From assembly GCF_947568905.1 (NCBI RefSeq), contig NC_079169.1, positions 16,802,001-16,866,000 of the forward strand: DNA of 64,000 bases, given 5' to 3'. Each line of letters opens with the position of its first letter. Within the stretch, counting starts at the first letter, position 1. Under the pieces are notes generated by a model. That model did no database searches. It was not told the origin of the DNA and saw only the letters and a program-made list of their open reading frames with translations. Source of the DNA: Ostrea edulis (lineage: Eukaryota). Made by a program: the position numbers and the translations under genes. Below are positions 36,690-46,600 of the stretch, in pieces.

Positions 36690-37650
36690 ATATTTAAAGA
36701 TTGGGTGTACAGAAAAAAGCTTCAAATTTAGCCATTAAATATGAACTAGGAACATTCCCCATCTGCTTTAAAGCTCTCCTCTCTATGTTCAAATTTTACA
36801 AAAGACTAAAAAGCTATGATGATGAAAATGGCATTAAAAATCCAATACTACTCGCTGCTAAACAGGAAGATGATAACCTTTATAATACTGGCATATAGGG
36901 AGAAATTGGCAGGGACAATTAAATAATAAAGTTAAGAAATAAGCTAAATCTTTCATTATTAAGGTATTGATAATTTAAGCACTTGAGGAATTACTATATT
37001 GATAATATTAACATGCAACTGCAAAATACTGAATTCTCTAAAAGTGAAAAAATGCTTTTTTACAGTAAAATTAGAAAGAACTATGAATTACAAGACTATC
37101 TGAAATTTTCAATTGCGAAAGTAGTACGCTCTAAATTAACAAAACTAAGAATATCTGCCCACCCTTTAGAAATTGAACCTAGTAGATATTCAAAACATGT
37201 AGGCTATTCCAAAAGAATGTCGTTTTGTCAGTTTTGTAAAACTACTGTTGAAGATGAGTTACATTTTTGATATGACTGCTTCATGTATAAAGATATAACA
37301 AAGAAATATTACCCTTTGAACAATTCAGATGATGATATATCAAAGGAAAACCATTGTAAAGTACTATGCAACCCTGCCAATGTAGTTCATGCTAGAAGGT
37401 TGTGCTGTGTGAATTTTTTTCATGAATGTCTTGAATTGCACACCAAAAGTAGAGTGCTATAACTACATTTAATTTATGCAATACTAAATTGCATACATAG
37501 TCTAATATCTCAGGTACATATCAAATATATACTTGTATTTACATATATGTAAATGAACTGTTAGTAATTAGTTTATTGTCATTATATATCTCATATTGTG
37601 TAACATGATTGCATGCCAACATGCTTGGTGAATCAATAAATAAATTGAAT
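36690..37650 (+). mobile_element. 5'-truncated RTE-X-like LINE 3' end with AATAAA and (ATTGA)n tail
   Basis: ORFs 36701-36898 and 36983-37270 include LTKLRISAHPLEIE..RY...CQFCKTTVEDELHF; ends AATAAATAAATTGAATTGAATTGAAT. Confidence 0.8.
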
Positions 37651-37822
37651 TGAATTGAATATTGGGGGATTGGGACTGGTGCATTCAATTGTACCATTAA
37701 AAAAAACTATCCTATTTTCTAAGAATGCAAAAAAAAAAAGAATTGCTGTCGTTTATCAGATGTGTAATAAAAAGTGTGTCCTATGTAAGAACAGATATAA
37801 CGGATGCAAGTCAGCAAACTAC

Positions 37823-37936
37823 TGTAGCGGTCAGCCGGGTTCAACTCGTTGGTAGAGCACCTGACTAGAGATTCAGAGGGCCCGGGTTCGAATCCCGGTC
37901 GATCTGGTCCGTTGCATTTTCTCCCTTCCTGTTACA
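37823..37936 (+). mobile_element. 114-bp tRNA-like element with TG...CA termini; candidate solo LTR of a Helenus-type TRIM
   Basis: TGTAGC...GTTACA ends, flanks CTAC/CTAG (4-bp TSD with one mismatch), intact B-box GGTTCGAATCCC, cloverleaf-like arms. Confidence 0.65.
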
Positions 37937-37992
37937 CTAGAAAACTACGAAAGACGATTAGTATCATATTAAAAAATAAATTCACCTTCCAC

Positions 37993-38120
37993 TATCTCGT
38001 AACTACGAGATAATTATCTCGAAATTACGAGAAAAGATCTAATTGCGAGAAGAAAAGATCTCGTAATTACGAAATAATTATCTCCAAATTACGAGAAAAG
38101 AACTCGTAATTACGAGCTTG
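37993..38120. repeat. Cluster of palindromic TCTCGTAATTACGAGA motifs
   Basis: About six degenerate copies at roughly 20-22-bp spacing; probably the interior of a MITE. Confidence 0.7.
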
Positions 38121-38382
38121 AGATACAACTGTACTTATTTCTTTATATGAGCTCTCCTCTCAACATTCCGTCAGTGTGTTTTGGATGCTGTTTTGAATAT
38201 AAGAAACCACTTTCCATTTAAAGCATGCCAAGTAGACAATTTTTTAAAAGTTAACTTATCGAGTGAAAGTTTATTCATGCATTTAAAATACAACGGAAAG
38301 AAAACGACTATTCATTATTGTAGGTTTCTGCAAGTTATCAATTGATAAAATTAATTAAATTTTACAAGTTTTACGATCATAC

Positions 38383-38772
38383 CAGGGGCGGATCCAGAAA
38401 TTGCGGTTAAGGGGCGCAACTTTTTTTTAGGCAGGGGGTCGGGGGGGGGGGGGGCGCTCCTGGATTTTACAGATCTTATTAGGCTTGAAATATGTCTCCT
38501 ATGTAGTACAATGTAATTTTTACTATTTTCTGTCATTTTTAATCAGGTGAAATTAATAGAATGACACAAATTTTAAGGGGTTTTGGAAAAAATGTAAGTT
38601 CTCTCAATAGAGGTCATTCAGTAAGTCAAAAGATTTTGTCATTTATTGGAAAATATTATTGCTTCTTTTATCGATTACATTTTTCTAAACAATAAACCAC
38701 GGTTCACCTTAAATTTTGAAAAAATTAGGGGGGGGGGGGGGCACCGGCTGCGCCCCCTTAAATGCGTCACTA
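38383..38772. mobile_element. MITE starting CAGGGGCGGATCCAG, with a degenerate right TIR
   Basis: G-rich left TIR and CGCCCCCTTAAATGCGTCACT at the right end. Confidence 0.5.
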
Positions 38773-38922
38773 CATACTGCTTAGTGTAACTGTGTGTGAA
38801 AGTTCAAGACTCTTGTAATTCCGCCGTTGAGTGCACACTGTGATGGTACATATTGTCGTTTGGCACATGTCGTCCTCGGCGACGATATGCACGTACCCTC
38901 ACGGTACATATTGTCCGTTGGT

Positions 38923-41900
38923 GGGTCATAATCAAATTTTGCAGATTTTTCAGAGTTAGAAATGACAAGAAATGTATAGCTCTAAATTCCTTTTTTTTTT
39001 TTTAGCATAACATGTTTATCAAACATTACGGTAAAGCATATTAAATTTTGCAAACATGAAATGTGCCCCATTGCCAAAAAAAAAATGGGGTCAAAGGTGT
39101 ATAGGTAGAACAAATCTGTCAATGGTGTAACAATTTTATAATAAAGGGGGAAAAGATAAGTAATAACACCATATACTTGAAAATGGCATAAATAATTGCA
39201 AAAAAGCATTAAAATTGATATATTTTGGTCTGATGTTTAAAAAACTCAGTAATTCTATAATTAAACTGACACAAAATGGTATATCTGAGACACTATTTTA
39301 AAAACCTTCCATCTCTTTTTAACATGATACCTGCATGATTACAAAATGACACAAAAATTTTATTACAGATTAAATAGATTCATTTAAATCTTATTTTAAG
39401 AAAAGTTTGATACTGATATATGACCATCTTTGTCTGCGATCAAGAAAATTGTTCATGTCACACCAATGACAAAATGTGTTTGACCACTGACAGGTAAATT
39501 ACACCACTGACACAAAAATAACAGAAGTGGACCCAAACACTTTAACAGTAAAGCTAAAAATGAACCAATACCACTCCTTTGAATAATTTCATACATTTCT
39601 TTTCAATGAAAAAGAAATCGGACAAGAATATTTTTGCTTGTACGTATATACAAATGATGAAGGTGTATGTTACACCACTTATATTGTGTTACTCCACTGA
39701 TCATAGTGTTTGTGTAAGTTACATATGCAATAATAGATAATGTCAAAGGTAATCACTAAAAGTGTCAACATACTTACACCAAATACAAATTTCAAATATA
39801 CATCTTTATTAGGTCACCTGAGTTAACCAGATGACCTATTGCTTTTGGTCTGTGTCCATTGTCATGCGTTGTACATTAACAATTGAACAATTTTAACTTC
39901 TTGATAACTTCCATTCCAAATTCTGATGCATCCTTGGGACAAGGGGGAATAAATTGTAAATTTCAGAACACCTGCACCCCTGGGGCCTCAGGGGAGGAAC
40001 AAAACTTGACACAGTTTCAAAAATTTTCTTTTCAACCGCAAATCTGTAAGGAAAACTAAATGCATATTCATGAAGAGCGGGAAGTCCTCTGCCACAATTG
40101 TACATTTCATGGTCCCTGGGGTATAGGACCAAGGTTCTGATTCATGCAGTGACTCCAGGGTGGGGACCAAACTTAGCATATAGTGTGTAAGTGTAAATCA
40201 TTTAAGTAACATTTTCCTTAATGCTTTTGATACTAACTTTAAAGTAATTGGATACTTATAAGGAGCAGGTCTGTCTTTTACCAAAATTGGAAATGGGGTA
40301 GGGGTTTGGTATCAGGGTGGGGTCAAATGGTCATAGTGATTACATGTGTATGTTTGCAAATGGACATTGTTTAAGTGTGTCTTCTTTTCAATAACTACCT
40401 TTACATTTTTCACATTGCAGCACGAGTTATCCCCCCCCCCCAATACAGAGGGCGCACAGCACGTTGAGGTCCTCAAGTGATTGCATCATTATAGAGAATA
40501 TATAGAAAATTTACCATTTCTTATTGTAATTAAGTGCCAGTTGAGGAATTTTTATAGAAATTGTTTCCAGGTGTCTGTTATTTTATTTTTACATAGTACT
40601 CATGAAAGTTTTGGTATCAATTGTATCATAACTTGGACAATTAAACATCAAATACTGGAGATAGGTCTATATACCCCCCCACCCCCCACCCCCACCCCCG
40701 CGCCTCCCTTCAATTTGATGAAAGGTATATTCTAAAAAGTGTTCTCTGTAAAATCGAAGAAACTAGACCTTAATTATGATTTGTAATACCATTTTCTAAT
40801 AAACTCCATAACTTGTTATTTTGTCAATGGAAACACAATTTAGTCATTGGTGTTACATAAAATATACAGCAAATTTCAATAGTCTAAGACAATTGTCAAA
40901 TGGAATATGCATTGCAAGGATCCCAAAAGTCGCGATTTCTATTAAAAACAAAAGAAAAATTGTAGAGAGTTATAACATTAAGCATTTATCCATTGTCTTT
41001 TCTTGAGAAAATTGTAATGTCAGTGGTATAACAAATTTAGTCAATAGTGTAACACTTGAAATATCTGATATATTCATATGATGGCTTTAATTTGACCAAG
41101 ATGACATACCTGCACAAAATAAGGTTAATTGTGACTAAATAAGCTAAATTAATTAATTTATCATTGTTGGTTATTTAGAATTTTACCATATAATACAAAC
41201 ATGTCAGTGGTGTTACAATTTTCCTCAGTTGTGTAACATTATTCTTTGTTACACAACTGACAGTTACACCAATGATGTATTGAGGTTAGATATGTCGATG
41301 TAGCCATAGGAGTTCATTTATACAGATAGCAGCAAGCTACATCTAAATCTATAATAGGAACTATGGATGAACATCCCATGCTTCTGTTTTGAAAATTATC
41401 TGTGAAATCAGTGTTACACAATTGACTTGTTTTAAACTGTACTCATTAAACCAAACTTACCAAAATTGAAAATATTTCACGATCACAAATCACACTGTTT
41501 CAAGCATTGTTCGTTGGTGACAGGAAGTGATGTCACTAATGACAGGGGGTATTCACACATCAATTTGATATCAATTTCCCAATGTATTTTTAGATTTTAC
41601 ATCTCTGTTACACCACTTATCAGAAATTTTTGTACATGAATATTTAACCTTCTCATGATATTTTGTCAAAAGTTCAGAATCATAATTTCATGAAAAATTT
41701 CAATAGAAAGTATACTTTTACATGGTGCAACTTTATTTTTAAAATGAAATTAATTATGGTATTGAACCTGAAAGAGATGATCGAGATTTATTGACAGCCT
41801 CAAAACGCCAATTTCCGTAGGTTGGGGTCAATTTTCTTCTTTAAATGTATGACAAAAATTAAAAATATGCATTTTAATATGACACCTTATTTATACTTGA

Positions 41901-41990
41901 TTCATGGATATTCATTTTTCCCCATTTACATAGCTTATTAACAAGATTTTTTGAAGTGACTGAAAAATCTGCGAAATTTGATAATGACCC
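38923..41990. mobile_element. 3.07-kb non-autonomous TIR transposon with 4-bp TSD TGGT (Sola-like)
   Basis: TIR GGGTCAT(A/T)ATCAAATTT(T/C)GCAGATTTTTCAG at both ends; TGGT at 38919-38922 and 41991-41994; internal GTTACACCACTGAC-like motifs; no ORF. Confidence 0.7.
39805..40300 (-). mobile_element. Partial HINE with Cg170-like units, nested in the 3-kb element
   Basis: Reverse-oriented 3' palindrome AGGTCACCTGAG...GATGACCT and satellite-like units. Confidence 0.65.
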
Positions 41991-42355
41991 TGGTACATCT
42001 ACATAATGTACTACATATTGTCACCGATGATAATATGTGTCGACTTGGGGCGAGACAAGGCATATTTTTTGCATCACGGTATATACTGTCGTCGGAGACG
42101 ATATGTATTATAACATAATTCACAGAATTAAACGGACCTAACACCGACCAATGAAGCCTCACTTGAAATAGGTCGCCGCCTCGCCATTCGATTTCTTTGC
42201 GCATGACGTCAGCACTTAAACACACAAAATTCCACTGTTTAAACGTCGATAGCATCGTATTAACCATGATCTATTTGTAGAATAATCTTCCAATAACTGA
42301 ATCCTCGCGTCTTGGAAGATAGAACAGCGAAATAAAGTTGTAAGAGGTAGGTAAA

Positions 42356-42474
42356 GCAGCATCACAAGCTGGTGTCGCTGAATTCCCACTTTTCAATATG
42401 GAGTCCACTCTGACTCTCCCCCGCACATGTCACGATATAAAAGCGAAGGTAAGAGTCAGAGGAATCTCGGATTA
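42356..42474. repeat. Unidentified ~120-bp dispersed repeat, copy 2
   Basis: GCAGCATCACAAGCTGGTGTCGCTGAATTCCCACTTTT...TATAAAAGCG...AGAGTCAGAGGAATCTCGGATTA. Confidence 0.6.
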
Positions 42475-42604
42475 TGTAACGGTCAGCCGGGTTCGATCGC
42501 CGGTAGCCAGACAGTTTAGTCGGTAGAGCACCTGACTAGAGAATTCAGGGGGTCCGGGTTCGAACCCCGATCTGGTCTGTTGCATCTTCTCCCTTCCTCT
42601 TCCG
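42475..42604 (+). mobile_element. Second tRNA-like LTR-type element, 3' end eroded
   Basis: Starts TGTAACGGTCAGCCGGGTT; shares GGTAGAGCACCTGACTAGAG, GGGTTCGAACCCC and CTTCTCCCTTCC with 37823-37936. Confidence 0.6.
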
Positions 42605-42609
42605 CGACT

Positions 42610-43075
42610 ATGACATTAAAAATGGAGATCCCAAATCACGGTAGGCGTTGACATGATAAAAGAATCCTCATTGTTAAGACCTGATAAAGACCCCTCGCTG
42701 TTGACCCCTGATTGATTGAATGAATGAATGAATATTGTTTAACGTCCTTCTCGAGAATATTTCACTCATATGGAGACGTCACCACTGCCGGTGAAGGGCT
42801 GCAAAATATAGGCCTCTATACTCGGCGCTTATAGCCATTGAGCAGGGAGGGATATTTATCGTGCCACACCTGCTGTGACACGGGACCTCAGTTTTTGCGG
42901 TCTCATCCGAAGGACCGACCATCTAGTCGCTAAGCCCTGATAAAGAACCCTCATTGCTAAACCCTGATAAAGAACTCACACTATTAAACAATGGGCTCCA
43001 GGATTTGTGGAACTTCACCTACAGCGAGTGAAAAAAATCTCAAATGGAACGTAAAACAATGTACAAACAAATCAA
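42610..43075 (+). mobile_element. Degenerate Deu-domain SINE (+) with short internal duplications, interrupted by a minus-strand Deu element at 42712-42930
   Basis: CTGATAAAGA(A/C)CCCTC is repeated on both sides of an inverted copy of the 8272-type element. Confidence 0.6.
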
Positions 43076-43083
43076 AAGACCGC

Positions 43084-45303
43084 ATCTTTACTTGTATATC
43101 TAGTAATGACTTTACACATCTCTATTTGTATATCTAGTAATGACTTTACACATCTCTATTTGTATATCTAGTAATGACTTTACATATCTCTACTGGTATA
43201 TCTAGTAATGACTTTACACATTTCTATTTGTATATCTAGTAATGACTTTACACATCCCTACTAATATATTTAGTAATGACATTACACACCTCTACTGGTA
43301 TATCTAGTTATGACTTTACACATCTCTATTTGTATATCTAGTAATGACTTTACACATCTCTATTTGTATATCTAGTAATGACTTTACACATCTCTATTTG
43401 TATATCTAGTAATGACTTTACACATCTCTACTGGTATATCTAGTAATGACTTTACACATCTCTATTTGTATATCTAGTAATGACTTTACGCATTTTTATT
43501 TGTATATCTAGTAATGACTTTACGCATTTTTATTTGTATATCTAGTAATGACTTTACACATCTCTACTGGTATATTTAGTAATGACTTTACACACTTCTA
43601 CTGGTATATCTAGTAATGACTTTACACATCTCTATTTGTATATTTAGTAATGACTTTACACATCTCTATTTGTATATCTAGTAATGACTTTACACACCTC
43701 TACTGGTATATCTAGTAATGACTTTACACATCTCTATTTGTATATCTAGTAATGACTTTACACATCTCTACTGGTATATCTAGTAATGACTTTACACATT
43801 TCTACTGGTATATCTAGTAATGACTTTACACATTTCTATTTGTATATCTAGTAATGACTTTACACATCTCTATTTGTATATCTAGTAATGACTTTACACA
43901 TCTCTATTTGTATATCTAGTAATGACTTTACACATCTCTACTGGTATATCTAGTAATGACTTTACACATCTCTACTGGTATATTTAGTAATGACTTTACA
44001 CATCTCTATTTGTATATCTAGTAATGACTTTACACATCTCTATTTGTATATCTAGTAATGACTTTACATATCTCTACTGGTATATTTAGTAATGACTTTA
44101 CACACTTCTACTGGTATATCTAGTAATGACTTTACACATCTCTATTTGTATATTTAGTAATGACTTTACACATCTCTATTTGTATATCTAGTTATGACTT
44201 TACACATTTCTACTGGTATATCTAGTAATGACTTTACACATCTCTATTTGTATATCTAGTAATGACTTTACACATCTCTACTGGTATATTTAGTAATGAC
44301 TTTACACATCTCTATTTGTATATCTAGTAATGACTTTACACATCTCTACTGGTATATCTAGTAATGATTTTACACATCTCTATTTGTATATCTAGTAATG
44401 ACTTTACATATCTCTACTGGTATATCTAGTAATGACTTTACACATCCCTATTTGTATATTTAGTAATGACTTTACACATCTCTATTTGTATATCTAGTAA
44501 TGACTTTACACATCTCTACTGGTATATCTAGTATGACTTTACACATCTCTACTGGTATATCTAGTAATGACTTTACACATCTCTATTTGTATATCTAGTA
44601 ATGACTTTACACATCTCTACTGGTATATCTAGTAATGATTTTACACATCTCTATTTGTATATCTAGTAATGACTTTACACATCTCTACTGGTATATCTAG
44701 TAATGACTTTACACATCTCTATTTGTATATCTAGTAATGACTTTACACATCTCTACTGGTATATTTAGTAATGACTTTACACATCTCTATTTGTATATCT
44801 AGTAATGACTTTACACATCTCTATTTGTATATCTAGTAATGACTTTACACATCTCTACTGGTATATCTAGTAATGACTTTACACATCTCTACTGGTATAT
44901 TTAGTAATGACTTTACACATCTCTATTTGTATATCTAGTAATGACTTTACACATCTCTATTTGTATATCTAGTAATGACTTTACACATCTCTACTGGTAT
45001 ATTTAGTAATGACTTTACACATCTCTATTTGTATATCTAGTAATGACTTTACACATCTCTACTGGTATATCTAGTAATGACTTTACACATCTCTACTGGT
45101 ATATCTAGTAATGACTTTACACATCTCTATTTGTATATCTAGTAATGACTTTACACATTTCTATTTGTATATCTAGTAATGACTTTACACATCACTACTG
45201 GTATATCTAGTAATGACTTTACACATCTCTATTTGTATATCTAGTAATGACTTTACACATCTCTACTGGTATATCTAGTAATGACTTTACACATCTCTAC
45301 TTG
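43084..45303. repeat. 35-bp minisatellite, ~63 copies (GTATATCTAGTAATGACTTTACACATCTCTATTT / ...TACTG)
   Basis: Direct periodicity with two alternating unit ends. Confidence 0.97.
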
Positions 45304-45539
45304 TCTAGATATAGGGTATATAAAATGCTAGAACATTTAAAACTGGTGTTACAGCACTGGTCGATTGTCCACGGGTCAGGGATAGTAAAATCCTTAAGTT
45401 TTTTGGTTGTTTTTTCTTTATTTGTTAATTCTTAGTTTACGACCCTTCAAGTTTTTTTTCCCACTCATATTGAGACAGTTCCAGCAATAGGCGAAGTGCC
45501 ACAAAATTTTGACCTACATGTATGCAAGACATCCGGGGT

Positions 45540-45730
45540 AGTACTTGTGAACGTTCTTAATCTCCCCAACGCCTGCAGCAACACGGGACCTCCGTTTCTA
45601 AGATCTTACCCAAAACGTGTCTACTATATCTTCCGATCGTTTGGCGAAGGAGTGATTACTAGCTATCGTTACGTCTTCTGTCAGACTCGGTCAAGGTCCA
45701 TGCATGGCTCAAGAAGTGAACGCTCTGACT
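45540..45730 (-). mobile_element. Degenerate tRNA-derived Meta/Deu-type SINE
   Basis: Homologous to 5085-5330 (CGTTTGGCGAAGGAGT; ACACGGGACCTCCGTTT). Confidence 0.55.
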
Positions 45731-46018
45731 ACAAACAACAAATTTACAGATATGGGTATAACAGATAGGTCATGCTATTAATCTTATTGCAATAGCACTG
45801 GGTAAAAGAAACGATCGGGAGTCAGTTTGTAACAGGAAATTATTTCCATTAGGGTGACAGTTATTAAGAAACTGAGAGACGGACTTACAGACATGACAGG
45901 CTGTATTTAATCCGATAGTAGATAAACACAAAAGAGAATACAAGAAATCGTATGAACATCACATTGAATATTTTATTTAACCAGCACCTTTCTGACATCA
46001 GATTTAAAACACTTTTAA

Positions 46019-46559
46019 AGGAACATGGACACGATTTGAGCTGAAAAATTTTCCCATTTTATTTTTCAATTTTTAATGTTTAGAATGCTTTACTAAGGTA
46101 TTTGTAATGGTCAGCAAAAATTTGAATGTCGGTCGTCGAGGTACGTGGGAGTTACAGAGCTCACAATTCTTTGTTGTTTAAACAGGACCCGTGCCATGTT
46201 TTTGTTTAGATAGGTTAAATATACAAGTAAACAGTTTCGTTTAAAGCAGATTTTTTCAATTCTAAAGTTAATTCTGAACACAATTAAATAGTTTTTAGTG
46301 CTTGGCACATCTCATTTTGTTTTAAACATGCTGTTTTCTATTAAGCAATCTATATGTAAACAAAAATATGACACGAGCCTTGTTGACATAACAAAGCATT
46401 GTGAATGCTGCATCTCACTTGTAACTCAACAACTTATATTCAAAGTTTGGTTGATTATTAGAAATACTCTAGTGAAGCATTGTAAACATTTTTTGTAAAC
46501 AATAAAAATGGAAAATTAAAATTTGAAAAAATTTCAACTCAAACCGTGTCCATGCCCCT
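46019..46559. mobile_element. 541-bp Kolobok-like MITE with TTAA TSD
   Basis: TTAA-AGG(A/G)(A/G)CATGGACACG...CGTGTCCATGCCCCT-TTAA; AG...CT (RR...YY) termini with TTAA duplication is the Kolobok hallmark. Confidence 0.75.
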
Positions 46560-46600
46560 TTAAATAAAAAAAGAAACTTGATTTTGAGAATGAGGTTCTA

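Noticed and set aside
37830-37905. Functional tRNA-Ser(AGA) gene
   Set aside because: The A-box is damaged, there is an insertion between the T-arm and acceptor strand, the long variable arm is absent, and it is embedded in a multi-copy element with TG...CA ends.
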